50,767 bases of DNA from Terrimicrobiaceae bacterium (lineage in GTDB: Bacteria > Verrucomicrobiota > Verrucomicrobiia > Chthoniobacterales > Terrimicrobiaceae): positions 1 through 50,767 of the forward strand of contig JBIIPZ010000019.1 in NCBI GenBank assembly GCA_044342325.1, read 5' to 3'. Shown here in pieces: positions 18,994 through 29,210 of the stretch (the stretch's first letter is position 1; each line of letters begins with the position of its first letter). The notes beneath the pieces are model-generated. The model saw nothing but the letters and a program-made list of their open reading frames with translations. It did no database searches and had not been told where the DNA came from. Both the position numbers and the translations under genes were made by a program.

Positions 18994-20397
18994 TCATGCC
19001 CCTGCACGCGGTGCAGGGATGAGTTTTTGGCCCTCTTTGGTGTCTTTAACGATCCATCCAGCGGCGAGGATCTCGTCGCGGAGTGTATCGCTGAGTTTCC
19101 ATTCCTTCGCGGTGCGGGCCTCTGCGCGGCGTTCGAGGAGTTCGCCAACGGCAGCAGAAATGGCCTCGGCTGCGGCTTCAAAGCCCAGCACCGAATTCAC
19201 GCCTTCGAGCCATTTCAAAAGGCTCATGGCCTCACCCGTTGTGAGGGTGCCTTCGTCCATTTTGCGGTTGGTTGTGCGGATCATGTCAAAAATCACGGCC
19301 AAGGCGGCCGAGATGTTCAAGTCGTCATCCAACGCTTCGCCGAAAGCGTCACCGGTTTCGATAAGGTTTTCGCCTGATGCACCCTTCGCGAGCTCCTGAA
19401 GGCGGGTCACCCATTCATCAAGGCGTTGCAGGGCGCTGCGCGCAGCGGCGAGACCCTCGAAAGTGAAGTTGAGCGGTTCGCGGTATTTGACCGAAATGAG
19501 TGCATAGCGCACCTCTCGCCCGCTCCAGCCTTTATCCATGAGGTCGCGCAGGGTGAAGAAATTTCCCGCGCTCTTGGCCATTTTGGAACCTTCGACTTGC
19601 AGGTGGCGGCAGTGCATCCAGAGTCGGACGAACTTTTGTCCGGTCACGCACTCGCTCTGCGCGATCTCAGCCTCGTGGTGCGGGAAAATGTTGTCCTCGC
19701 CGCCGCAGTGGATGTCGAGTTCGGGCCCGAGAATGCCAGTCGCCATGGCACTGCACTCGATGTGCCAACCCGGACGGCCGCGTCCCCATGGGCTCTCCCA
19801 GCCGACATCACCGTCGGCTTCCGTGTATGCCTTCCATAGCGCGAAGTCGCCGACATTTTCCTTCTCATATTCGTCGTTGCTCACTCGCACGCCGTCGCGC
19901 AGTTCCTCCATGTTGAAGTGTGCGAGCTTGCCGTAGTCGGCGAACGAGCGGATGCGGAAATACACGGAGCCATCTTCGGCGCGGTAGGCATGGCCTTTTT
20001 CGATGAGTGTCGAGATCATCTCGATCATCCGAGTGATGTGCTCGGGAGCCGTGGCCTCGGGGAAATGATCTGCCCGCTTGATGCGGAGCGTGTCGAGATC
20101 CTCGAAGAACGCCTTCTTGAACGGCGCTGTGAAGTCCGCCAGCGCCATGCCACAAGCCCGGCAACCGCGAATTGTTTTGTCATCCACATCGGTGAGATTC
20201 ATCACGCGATCGACCTTCAAGCCCCGATACTCCAGATGCCGTTGCAGCAAATCCTCGAAAACATAAGCGCGGAAATTTCCGATGTGGGCGAAATTGTAAA
20301 CAGTCGGCCCGCAAGTGTAGAGCCGCACCTTTCCCTCCTCACGCGGCGTGAAGTCCTCGAGTTGACGGGTCAGCGTATTGAAAAAACGAAGTGGCAT
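18994..20397 (-). CDS. cysS: cysteine--tRNA ligase
   Basis: CGPTVY..AHIGN, GRPGWHIECSAM, FPHHEAE, KMAKS. Confidence 0.98.
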   Translation of the reverse strand: MPLRFFNTLTRQLEDFTPREEGKVRLYTCGPTVYNFAHIGNFRAYVFEDLLQRHLEYRGLKVDRVMNLTDVDDKTIRGCRACGMALADFTAPFKKAFFEDLDTLRIKRADHFPEATAPEHITRMIEMISTLIEKGHAYRAEDGSVYFRIRSFADYGKLAHFNMEELRDGVRVSNDEYEKENVGDFALWKAYTEADGDVGWESPWGRGRPGWHIECSAMATGILGPELDIHCGGEDNIFPHHEAEIAQSECVTGQKFVRLWMHCRHLQVEGSKMAKSAGNFFTLRDLMDKGWSGREVRYALISVKYREPLNFTFEGLAAARSALQRLDEWVTRLQELAKGASGENLIETGDAFGEALDDDLNISAALAVIFDMIRTTNRKMDEGTLTTGEAMSLLKWLEGVNSVLGFEAAAEAISAAVGELLERRAEARTAKEWKLSDTLRDEILAAGWIVKDTKEGQKLIPAPRAGA

Positions 20398-20490
20398 GGA
20401 TCACGAAGTAAAGGCGGAACGGGCTGGAAAATCAATTTCTGCCTCGTGCTCCGCGCACGGCTTGGCTCAGGTAAGCGGGTGGTGTGATTT

Positions 20491-22284
20491 TCAGTCCTCC
20501 AGATAGAAGAGGATGTCGCTGAGTTTGTCTTGGTGTGTTTGCAGTGATTCCCAATCGGCATTTGATATGGCGGAGGAGACGGATTCCAAGATTTCGCGGA
20601 TCGACTTGGCATCGGTCTCCGAGATCGGGCCTTCGAGCGCTTTCATGGCGCGTTGGCGAAGGTTTTTTGCGCTGGCAAGAATCTCGCGGGAGGTGCTGGA
20701 TTCCGTTGAATTCATAAGCGGGAACACGGGTTCCGGTGCCTCGTCGTTCTGATCCTCAAAATCGGAGTCGTCTTCGAAGAGGGCGGCCAGGTTGATACGG
20801 GCGGCATCGAGGTTGATGCGGTGTTGGCCTTTGGTATCGATGGTCAGGGATTTCGAGAGGCCTGTGCTTTTCTCCGTGGCGCTGGCGTGGAGCATCCCGT
20901 TGAGGTCGATCTGGAATTCGATGACAACCTCATTGCCTCGTGGGACTTTGGCGAGGCCTTCCATCCGGAATTCCCCGAGGGAAAGATTGCCATGGGGACG
21001 GGTGTCCTCTCCTTGCAGGACGGCGACAACGACGGAATTCTGCCCGTCATGGATGGTGACGAAGACTTTGGACTTTCTGGCGGGCAGCGGAGTTCCCCGG
21101 CGAATGATCGGCGAGCAAATCATAGTTTCGCGGCCAAAGAGCATGTCGAATTCGACAGTTTCCGTGCTGTAGGTGTGTGCGGAGATGTCCACCAGGATGG
21201 CGGGCGAGGGTTTTCCCGCGAGTGCAGCGCCTTGGATGGCTGCGCCCATGGCGACGATGAGATCGGGGTTGATCTCGTGCTGGGCGCGTTTGCGGAGTTT
21301 TTCTTCGATGAGTTGCTGCACGAGCGGTGTGCGTGTTGCGCCGCCCACGAGCATGACCTTGTCGATCTGCGAGGCGGTGAGTCCACTGTCCGAGAGCGCC
21401 CGCTGCACGCACTCCAGGGTTTTTTTCAACCAAGGGTCGATGAGTGCCTCGTAGTCGCTGCGGGTGAATTCCGTGACAAGATGGGCTTCGGGAGTGATGA
21501 AATCCTCACGCACATTGGCGAAGTCGTGGTCGCTGAGCGTTATTTTGGCTTGCTCCATGACAGATTTGAGTCGCCGCCGTGTGGATGGGGAAATGGAGGC
21601 CTCATCCGTTTTTTCCTGCTCCTGGAAGCGTTCGATGGCGGCATTGGTGAGGGCTGTATCAAAGTCGTCTCCGCCGAGTTTCGTGTCGCCATGGCTGGCG
21701 CGAACTTCCACGACATTGTTTTCCACAGACACCAGGGAAACATCGAATGTGCCTCCGCCGAGGTCATAGACCAGGATGTTCTCCGGGGGGCGCCCAGCCT
21801 CTCCAGCTCCGTAGGCAAGGGCTGCGGCGGTGGGTTCATTGATGATGCGCATGACTTCCAGTCCGGCCAGGCGTCCGGCATCCTGGGTGGCTTGGCGTTG
21901 GCGATCGTTGAAGAAAGCGGGAACCGTAATGACGGCGCGTGTCACCGGCACGCCGAGGTGTGCTTCAGCGGCGGCTTTGAGTTCGCGGAGGATGATGGCG
22001 CTGATCTCTTCGGGCCGGTAGGAGCGGTCGGCGAGGGCAACGGTTTCATCCGTGCCCATGAGGCGCTTGATGGACAAAATGGTATTCTCCGGGGCCGAAA
22101 CCGCCTGGTTTTTTGCAGCTTTGCCGACGATGATTCGGCCCTGTGGATCAAGTCCGACGGCGCTCGGCATGGTAGACTCGCCGTGCACCGGTATGATTTC
22201 GATAGTGGTGTCTGTAACGATGGCAACGGCGCTATTGGTCGTTCCGAGGTCGATGCCCACGATGGGGTCTGTGTTTGTCTGCAT
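20491..22284 (-). CDS. Hsp70 family protein (specialised, non-housekeeping DnaK paralog)
   Basis: GIDLGTTNS, VITVPAFF, INEPTAAALAYG, YDLGGGTFDVS, GGDDFD, LVGGATR; divergent substrate-binding and lid region. Confidence 0.93.
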   Translation of the reverse strand: MQTNTDPIVGIDLGTTNSAVAIVTDTTIEIIPVHGESTMPSAVGLDPQGRIIVGKAAKNQAVSAPENTILSIKRLMGTDETVALADRSYRPEEISAIILRELKAAAEAHLGVPVTRAVITVPAFFNDRQRQATQDAGRLAGLEVMRIINEPTAAALAYGAGEAGRPPENILVYDLGGGTFDVSLVSVENNVVEVRASHGDTKLGGDDFDTALTNAAIERFQEQEKTDEASISPSTRRRLKSVMEQAKITLSDHDFANVREDFITPEAHLVTEFTRSDYEALIDPWLKKTLECVQRALSDSGLTASQIDKVMLVGGATRTPLVQQLIEEKLRKRAQHEINPDLIVAMGAAIQGAALAGKPSPAILVDISAHTYSTETVEFDMLFGRETMICSPIIRRGTPLPARKSKVFVTIHDGQNSVVVAVLQGEDTRPHGNLSLGEFRMEGLAKVPRGNEVVIEFQIDLNGMLHASATEKSTGLSKSLTIDTKGQHRINLDAARINLAALFEDDSDFEDQNDEAPEPVFPLMNSTESSTSREILASAKNLRQRAMKALEGPISETDAKSIREILESVSSAISNADWESLQTHQDKLSDILFYLED

Positions 22285-22347
22285 GGTGATCTGTTTTTTT
22301 ACAGGTTTATGGAATGAAGTGTGAAGGTGGTATCTGAAGCGCGGGAT

Positions 22348-23004
22348 TCAAGCTCGGCGGGAGACGCGGACTTGGGCGAAGCGGATGATTTCCCCGCTGG
22401 TGGCGTCGCGCCAACCGGGCAGGATTTCTTGCAGCACGGTGTGATCGGGGCGGGAGGCATCGGGGACGACCTCCACGGCTGTCATGCAAGCCGGGTCGAA
22501 GGGGAGGCCGGCAGATGGGATGTGAGCGAGGCCAAGAGACTGAAAGATGGCGTTTTTCTGTCCTTCCAAAAGCGAGAAGGACTCGGTGAGAAGACGGCGC
22601 TCGCTGCGCCATGCCTCGAGGGTTTTGTGATGGGCGGGCCACCATGTTTTTTCGGCAGGCAGTTCTTTGGCGAGCGCCTTCTCGATGCGGTCCAGACGAT
22701 CGGTGAGTTCGATAAAAGCAGGAGCAAGGTTGGGTGCGCGTGGCGCCGGTGCGGGGGAGGGGATATTTAAATTCCGGACGCCAGCGTGCAGGTCTCCAAG
22801 GGTGGTCGCCATGGCGTCCAAGACTGTGCCAAACCCTTTGAGCCCCTCCAGAAGACGCCTGGCGGTGCGGCGATTCTCGGCATCCGATGCGGCGATTTGA
22901 TTGGCGAGGTTTTCAAAGAGCGGGGCAAAAGCCTCGCCCAAGGGCTCTTCAGGGGCTCCAACTTCAAGGGTCGGGCCCACATGGTCTTCGGAAAAGTCGT
23001 TCAT
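22348..23004 (-). CDS. GrpE-like nucleotide exchange factor
   Basis: C-terminal FDPACMTAV...TVLQEILPGW...IIRFAQVRVS. Confidence 0.85.
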   Translation of the reverse strand: MNDFSEDHVGPTLEVGAPEEPLGEAFAPLFENLANQIAASDAENRRTARRLLEGLKGFGTVLDAMATTLGDLHAGVRNLNIPSPAPAPRAPNLAPAFIELTDRLDRIEKALAKELPAEKTWWPAHHKTLEAWRSERRLLTESFSLLEGQKNAIFQSLGLAHIPSAGLPFDPACMTAVEVVPDASRPDHTVLQEILPGWRDATSGEIIRFAQVRVSRRA

Positions 23005-23324
23005 TTTTTGTTTTTTTGGGTTGCTGCGCAGCAGTCGCGCATAAGGCTTTTGAAGGCTTCAAAACCTGGTGGACGAATCCGCGCGGGGAGTTTCTGAAAA
23101 CTCTGCAATGCCTCAAGCGGAGATTTGGGTTCATCCACACTAGGATTGAACCAAGCCAGCCAGCGATCCCTAGCGGTGCGCAGCTTGGTGGCGGACTCCT
23201 GAATCATCTGAAACTCCTCGGGGCAATGCTCTGGCGGATACTTCCGCAAGAGTCGGGTGTAGGCGGCGCGAACCTCCTCGTCGGTCGAGTCGGGAGTGAC
23301 ATCCAGTGTAAGAAACGGGTTCAT
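23001..23324 (-). CDS. small J-domain-like protein with YPPE in place of HPD
   Basis: NPFLTLDV...DEEVRAAYTRLLRKYPPEHCPEEFQMIQES. Confidence 0.8.
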   Translation of the reverse strand: MNPFLTLDVTPDSTDEEVRAAYTRLLRKYPPEHCPEEFQMIQESATKLRTARDRWLAWFNPSVDEPKSPLEALQSFQKLPARIRPPGFEAFKSLMRDCCAATQKNKK

Positions 23325-25769
23325 TCAGAGTTCAAATTCCAGTTGTGCCTCGTCATTTGGCGAGGCCATCGGTTTGGTTTCAGTATTCATTTTCTTCACC
23401 GGGGAGGCCTTTTTCCTCGGACGGGGTTTTGGAGGAGAGCAATCGTCGATGTCCTCATCAGTTTCGTGATCCAAGAACGAAAACTCGCGGAGTTGATCTC
23501 TGAAACTTGCAACAGCTTGTCGCATGTAATCGAGGCCTTTTTCCTGGGCCTCTTGGTCGATTTTCTTCAAATCTGTATCCATGAGGCTTTGACTCTTGCA
23601 TTGTAAGATAAAATCGCATAACAAAAGGCAAAATCTGATATGAATATCGCGCTGTATCAGTTTTTTCTTGAGTAATTTGTGAAGCGAATCATTGAGTGCG
23701 TCAAAGCAACATTCCACAAAAACCTGATCATAGGCTTGTTCCTCTTCGGACCATTTCAACAAGTCAACCGCGAATGAAAAAATGTCCCGGGGATTTTCTT
23801 TAATGCTGTTTTCCAGATCCTTAGGATTCAACTTGTTGCAAAGCGCGGCTTGGAAGTCATCCAGTTGCCAAATCGGGAAATCCGGACTTGATCTTACAGC
23901 TTCAACGATTTGAAGCAGAGAGACCCAGTTCTTTCCGGTGACTGGAGTGTTGTTCCATTGCGTATGCCAGTTTTTGCGGAGTGGTCTTTGCAGCCTGCGG
24001 CAGAGGTATATCTCAAAGAAAAGGGAGTTGCAGTCTGCGTTTCCATTCATCCGCTCCTCCAGCATGTCACGCAACTTGTCCATCGCCCATTTGGCTTGCG
24101 TTAAATCCCTGCAATCCGGGGAGGAATCCAGAAGTGGCGCGACGCGATCCCAAAGCGAGGCTGTGCTCTGCTTTTTCTTGTGGCGGTTGATGATATAATC
24201 CGTGAGGCCGGCGATGAGTTGTGTCTTGCACTTGGAGTCCAAGGGATCGAGTTGGTGCGCGGCTTCGAGGTAGTCGATTCCCTTGGCGAAGGCTTTGCGT
24301 TCCACCGCCAGCACACCGGCTTTGCTGAGAATGTGTTTGTTTTGCGGGAATCGCGCGACAAGCTGGTCGAGAAGTTGGTGGACCTCGGACTTGTTTTGAA
24401 GCTTCTCATGGACACTCAGAAGCTTGACCCAGGCGGATTCATTGTCCGGGGCGGATCGAGTGGCTTGCATGAACGCTTTGATCGCGCGTTCGGCATTTCG
24501 TGGTTTGTAGAGGCTTCGGGCTTCAACTGCCGATTTTCCTCTGTTGGAATCGAGTGCAAAAATGTCGCCCAATGTCTCGTATATCACGCTGTCCCGTATA
24601 GGGTTTTTCCCGTAAAAGTCTGACGACATTTTCAGAACATCGCCAAACTCGCTCTCCAAATTGGAATCCGGTATGGAATGGGCATCGATCAAAACCAAAA
24701 CGATCCATACGGAATAAAGAATTTCACTGGCCGATTGCGGGATGGCGCGCTGCTGACAAAAGAATGACTCGATTTGTTGGCTGCGTTTGATCTCAACCGG
24801 CAATTCTTCGAGACCCAGGGAAAAAAGGTGCTCGCTCAACGCGTATTCGATGCCACGAAGTTTGATGGAGAAATTCCTGCCGAGTGCTCTTGCGAGGGCG
24901 TCCTTTGCTCCGTTCCAGTTGCCTTTTTTCCAGCACTCGTCTGCTGTGGCGATTTCGCGTGCCTTCGTGGGCGATTCCCCAACCGTGGCAAGAATCCAAC
25001 CTGTTTTGCCGATCGCAGGAATTTCCGCAGCGTGCGGTTTGTTCAGAATCACAGCCGCCGCAGTGGCACACGCTCCGCCCTCCGGCAGGCGCGAAAAACA
25101 GGCCTCGGCCTCTTTTTTTGCCCCCGTGAGAAAATGCCGCATTGCGCGGAGAAAAATCTTCCAGTGCCGAAAAACAGAATTCGCCGGCAGGGCCCGAATC
25201 GCTTCGACCGCATCCTCCATGCGACCGTCGGATGTGGCTTTGCAGGCCGCGTGCACCATAGCAAGCTCGGCGGCCAGTTGGCTGCTGAGGGCGTCTTCAC
25301 TTTCAACCGGAGCCGGAGCAAAGGCCGTCACCACCGAATCCACCAAAAGCCAATCGGAGGGGGCGGGATCAGCTGTGTCTGTGACTTGCGCTGCAAAACG
25401 CTTGAGTTGTTGCCAGAGCAAATTCATCCCCGACTGGGGTATCGAGGTGGTGCTGCTGGTTTTCGCAACCTGAGTGGATATGATTTCACACGCAAGGCGT
25501 TCCACGACTTCTTTCGGACAGAGTGTTTTTAAATTATCCAGAACGGATTGCGCATCGCTTGACAAACTGCGGGAGAGCAAATCGCGAAAAAGCCCGATAT
25601 TGGCGAAAACAAGGAGCGGGAGGTATTTGTTTCGATCCTTCTTACATAGCAACTTGGCTTCATCCCTCGCTTGCCGCCACTTCCCTTTGCCCAGCAGGAT
25701 GATGGTTGCGTTTGCCATCGGGTCAGTGGCAAACGCAAGCTGAGGATCAGGGCTGTTTTGTGAGTTCAC
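23325..25769 (-). CDS. large TPR-like helical repeat protein
   Basis: Repeated TPR-like units (AIKAFMQATRSAPDN, LDQLVARFPQN, GIDYLEAAHQLDPLD); abuts the J-domain gene. Confidence 0.75.
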   Translation of the reverse strand: MNSQNSPDPQLAFATDPMANATIILLGKGKWRQARDEAKLLCKKDRNKYLPLLVFANIGLFRDLLSRSLSSDAQSVLDNLKTLCPKEVVERLACEIISTQVAKTSSTTSIPQSGMNLLWQQLKRFAAQVTDTADPAPSDWLLVDSVVTAFAPAPVESEDALSSQLAAELAMVHAACKATSDGRMEDAVEAIRALPANSVFRHWKIFLRAMRHFLTGAKKEAEACFSRLPEGGACATAAAVILNKPHAAEIPAIGKTGWILATVGESPTKAREIATADECWKKGNWNGAKDALARALGRNFSIKLRGIEYALSEHLFSLGLEELPVEIKRSQQIESFFCQQRAIPQSASEILYSVWIVLVLIDAHSIPDSNLESEFGDVLKMSSDFYGKNPIRDSVIYETLGDIFALDSNRGKSAVEARSLYKPRNAERAIKAFMQATRSAPDNESAWVKLLSVHEKLQNKSEVHQLLDQLVARFPQNKHILSKAGVLAVERKAFAKGIDYLEAAHQLDPLDSKCKTQLIAGLTDYIINRHKKKQSTASLWDRVAPLLDSSPDCRDLTQAKWAMDKLRDMLEERMNGNADCNSLFFEIYLCRRLQRPLRKNWHTQWNNTPVTGKNWVSLLQIVEAVRSSPDFPIWQLDDFQAALCNKLNPKDLENSIKENPRDIFSFAVDLLKWSEEEQAYDQVFVECCFDALNDSLHKLLKKKLIQRDIHIRFCLLLCDFILQCKSQSLMDTDLKKIDQEAQEKGLDYMRQAVASFRDQLREFSFLDHETDEDIDDCSPPKPRPRKKASPVKKMNTETKPMASPNDEAQLEFEL

Positions 25770-25782
25770 GGATTGTTGTAGC

Positions 25783-26859
25783 TTACGATTTTTCTTCGAA
25801 TGAGTGACGGCTTTTCGAGGTCAAAAGCATATCAGCCAAACTGTTGGCAACCTTTTCTGGATGCAGATGCTGCCGCCATTCGTTTTTGGGGAGTCCGGGC
25901 TGGGGGATGATCCAATGTTGCTGGCCGGTTTTTGAGTAGGGGGCGTAGACTCCAGGATGTTGGCCGGCGGAGACGATGACGGCCGGTGTATCGAGTGCGC
26001 ACGCCATGTGCGCGGCGGCGGTATCCACTGTCAGGACGAGGCGGGCTTCGGCTATGGATTGCAGGAAATCAGGGAGTGGGACAGGCGGGGCGAGGTGGAT
26101 GTTGGTGATGCCAGCGGATTGAAGAGTGCGGGTGAATTCTTGGAGACGGTCTGATTGACTTGGCCCTGCGGCGAGGTGGAGCGGGGCCTCAGCGCGCTCG
26201 TGGTCAAGGAGTTTTAAAGCGCGAGCCCAGGCCTCGGCGGGGTAATCCTTGGATGTCGTCGAGCTGAATGGGCACAGTAACCAGTGGTTTTTGGCAGAAA
26301 CCTCGCGAGGCGGCGTAAGCGTGGGAAGAATTTCTTCGTCGGATACCTTGCGTTGGAGAACTTCCTCGGCGACGAGGCGGTTTGCTTCGATATCCGTGGG
26401 AAGTCGTCCCGGCGGAGGGTAGGGGATGAGGGTTGGTTTGAAGGCGTAGCGGACGAAATTCTCGACGGCGGGTCGCCGCATGCGAGGGTTTGCCAAAAGG
26501 AGATTCTGGCAGGCGATACGGTGTTTGGCTCGAGGGAGATAGAATGTGATTGTGTGCAGATATGCGCGCATGCTGCGCAGGCAGATGGCGGCGTCCACAC
26601 GCAAGGTCAGTAGACGAAGCCAAGCCGGCAAGCTGTTGATCACATTCACCGTCGCTAAGTTAACGAGACGGCGTTTTTCCTTTAGAGGGAGCGGGATGAC
26701 TTCAGCTTGAGGAAACTGAGCTTTTGCCAGCGGAGCGACATCCGCCCTCACCGCTATGATGAGATTTTTTTCACTCAATTCCCTAGCCAAGAGGCGAATG
26801 CATCCTGTTGCGAGGATGAAGTCGCCTATGGCGTCGGGTTTGAGAATGAAAACGCGCAA
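25783..26859 (-). CDS. glycosyltransferase family 9 (heptosyltransferase-like)
   Basis: KPDAIGDFIL, K.YP...W, VLTVDTAAAHMACALDTP. Confidence 0.9.
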   Translation of the reverse strand: MRVFILKPDAIGDFILATGCIRLLARELSEKNLIIAVRADVAPLAKAQFPQAEVIPLPLKEKRRLVNLATVNVINSLPAWLRLLTLRVDAAICLRSMRAYLHTITFYLPRAKHRIACQNLLLANPRMRRPAVENFVRYAFKPTLIPYPPPGRLPTDIEANRLVAEEVLQRKVSDEEILPTLTPPREVSAKNHWLLCPFSSTTSKDYPAEAWARALKLLDHERAEAPLHLAAGPSQSDRLQEFTRTLQSAGITNIHLAPPVPLPDFLQSIAEARLVLTVDTAAAHMACALDTPAVIVSAGQHPGVYAPYSKTGQQHWIIPQPGLPKNEWRQHLHPEKVANSLADMLLTSKSRHSFEEKS

Positions 26860-26865
26860 GCGCGA

Positions 26866-28344
26866 TCAGACCGTGTAGGTCGTGGAGGCTGTGGTGCCGC
26901 CTTGGCCGGTCCAGTTTGTGTGGAAGAACTCTCCACGGGGCTTGTCAACGCGCTCGTAGGTGTGGGCCCCAAAGTAGTCGCGTTGGGCTTGGAGCAGGTT
27001 CGCTGGCAGAACCGCTGAGCGGTAACTGTCGAAGAACGAGAGGGCTGTGCTGAATGCGGGAACCGGGATTCCACGCTTGGCGGCGATCGCGACCACATTG
27101 CGCCAGGCCTTCTGGTTTTTCTTCATTTCGCCTTTGAAAAAGTCGTCGAAGAGCAGGTTCGTGAGCTTGGGTTTTTTGTCGAAGGCTTCTTTGATCTTGC
27201 CGAGGAAGCGGGAGCGGATGATGCAACCTCCGCGCCACATGAGGGCTATGCCGCCCCAGTTGAGCTTCCAGCCGTATTCGGCAGCTGCGGCGCGCATGAG
27301 CATGTAGCCCTGGGCGTAGCTGATGATTTTCGAAGCGTAAAGGGCTTGACGGACTTCGTCGATGAGCTTGGCGCGTCTCTTGGCATTGCGCGCGGCTGGA
27401 ATGGACGGGTTCGGGCCCTTCAGTTTGCGGGCAGCTTTCACGCGCTCCTCCTTGAGAGCGGACACGCATCGGGCGTAAACAGCTTCCGCCATGAGGGTAA
27501 TCGGGACTCCCATTTCGAGCGAGTTGATCACAGTCCACTTGCCTGTGCCTTTTTGGCCAGCCGTGTCGAGGATTTTGCTCAAGAGCGGTGTGCCGTCGGT
27601 GTCTTTTTTGGCAAAAATATCGCGGCTGATTTCGACGAGGTAGCTGTCGAGGTCGCCTTTGTTCCACTCGGCGAAAACATCGTGCAGTTCCTGCTCGTTC
27701 AAGCCGAGGCCGTTTTTCAGGATATTGTAGGCCTCGCAAATTAGCTGCATGTCACCATATTCGATGCCGTTATGCACCATTTTTACGTAATGGCCCGCAC
27801 CTTCTTCGCCGACCCAATCGCAGCATGGCGAACCGTCTTCGACCTTGGCGGAAATGGATTGGAAAATGTCTTTCACATGAGGCCATGCGGCAGGCGATCC
27901 ACCAGGCATGATGCTTGGTCCGCGGCGAGCGCCCTCTTCTCCACCCGAAACACCCGTTCCAATGAAAAGCAAATCCTTGGCTTCGAGTTCACGCTGGCGG
28001 CGGTTTGTGTCATTGTAGAGCGAATTTCCACCGTCGATGATGATGTCGCCGGGTTCCAGATAAGGGGTGATTTGAGCAATAAAGTCATCCACCGGCTGTC
28101 CGGCCTTCACGAGCATCATGACGCGGCGCGGACGCTTGAGTTTGGAAACCAGTTCCTGAATCGAGTGGGCGCCCTGCACTTTTGTGCCTTTTGCCTCATT
28201 TGCTAAAAATTCGTCCACTTTTGAGGTGGTGCGGTTGTAAACGACGACTGTGTAGCCGTGGTCGTTCATGTTGAGGACGAGGTTCTGGCCCATCACGGCC
28301 AAGCCGATGAGACCGATGTCTCCTTGTGGTGTAGTGTTTTCCAT
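26866..28344 (-). CDS. gnd: 6-phosphogluconate dehydrogenase, decarboxylating
   Basis: IGLIGLAVMGQNL, VSGGEEGA, GHYVKMVHNGIEY, QAQRDYFGAHTY; start at ATG 28344. Confidence 0.98.
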   Translation of the reverse strand: MENTTPQGDIGLIGLAVMGQNLVLNMNDHGYTVVVYNRTTSKVDEFLANEAKGTKVQGAHSIQELVSKLKRPRRVMMLVKAGQPVDDFIAQITPYLEPGDIIIDGGNSLYNDTNRRQRELEAKDLLFIGTGVSGGEEGARRGPSIMPGGSPAAWPHVKDIFQSISAKVEDGSPCCDWVGEEGAGHYVKMVHNGIEYGDMQLICEAYNILKNGLGLNEQELHDVFAEWNKGDLDSYLVEISRDIFAKKDTDGTPLLSKILDTAGQKGTGKWTVINSLEMGVPITLMAEAVYARCVSALKEERVKAARKLKGPNPSIPAARNAKRRAKLIDEVRQALYASKIISYAQGYMLMRAAAAEYGWKLNWGGIALMWRGGCIIRSRFLGKIKEAFDKKPKLTNLLFDDFFKGEMKKNQKAWRNVVAIAAKRGIPVPAFSTALSFFDSYRSAVLPANLLQAQRDYFGAHTYERVDKPRGEFFHTNWTGQGGTTASTTYTV

Positions 28345-28522
28345 TATGTGTTTTTTATGATTTGGCCGGCGGATGCGAGGTGCACTCCAGTGCCAACATG
28401 TCGACAATGTGAAAAATCCGCCGAAATGTTAAGAAAAAAATCAAATTTTATCGGGCTGGTAAAAAAGCAGGAATCACAACGTCATAGTCAAAAAAGGACT
28501 ATAAACAAGATTTAAATATCTG

Positions 28523-29158
28523 TTATTTATTAACTTCTGTTATTACTTTTGCTGAAACTTCGCCTGCAATTTCCTCGACCGAACGCGAGGCGTCGATGAG
28601 GTGCACGCGCTTGGGATTTTCTTTGGCAACTTTCAAGTAACCTCGACGCACGGCTTCGAAAAATTCCGGCGACTCTCGTTCGATGCGGTCGGGTTTCCGA
28701 TTGGCGGCCTGCATGCGGGAAAGTGAGGTTTTGTGGTCTAGATCAAGCAGGAATGTGATATCCGGCAAACAGTCCCCGACTGCGAAGGCGTTGATGCGGG
28801 CGGTGTCATCCGCAGGAATGCGGCGGGCTACTCCTTGATAGACGGTGGTGGAATCCAGAAAGCGGTCGCAAATGACAACGCGTCCTTCCGCGAGTGCGGG
28901 GAGGATTTTTTCCCTGACCAACTGTGCGCGGCTGGCTGCAAAGAGGAGCAACTCGGCCTCGGGAGTCAGCGCCTCGCCTTCGGGCGCATGTTGCAAGAGG
29001 TGCCGAATCGCCTCGCCGGCAGGCGTGCCTCCGGGTTCGCGAAAGAGCAGGGGATCGAATCCCAGGGAGCGGAGCTTGTCGGCCAGGAGGGTAATCTGGG
29101 TGGATTTGCCACACGCCTCGGAGCCTTCGAATGTGATGAAGAGACCTTTTTTCGACAT
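28523..29158 (-). CDS. tmk: thymidylate kinase
   Basis: FITFEGSEACGKST, REPGGT, DRFLDSTTVYQG. Confidence 0.97.
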   Translation of the reverse strand: MSKKGLFITFEGSEACGKSTQITLLADKLRSLGFDPLLFREPGGTPAGEAIRHLLQHAPEGEALTPEAELLLFAASRAQLVREKILPALAEGRVVICDRFLDSTTVYQGVARRIPADDTARINAFAVGDCLPDITFLLDLDHKTSLSRMQAANRKPDRIERESPEFFEAVRRGYLKVAKENPKRVHLIDASRSVEEIAGEVSAKVITEVNK

Positions 29159-29210
29159 TTTGTTGAGAAGTCCTTTGATATTCGCGGAATTTCATTTTAG
29201 CAAAGCTCGA

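Noticed and set aside
20821..22317. 498-aa plus-strand ORF
   Set aside because: Antisense shadow of the Hsp70 gene; long antisense ORFs are a known artefact of hsp70 and other GC-rich genes, and it has no motifs of its own.
28381..28395. Sigma54-like TGGCAC...TGC upstream of gnd
   Set aside because: The GG-to-GC spacing is one base short of the strict -24/-12 requirement.
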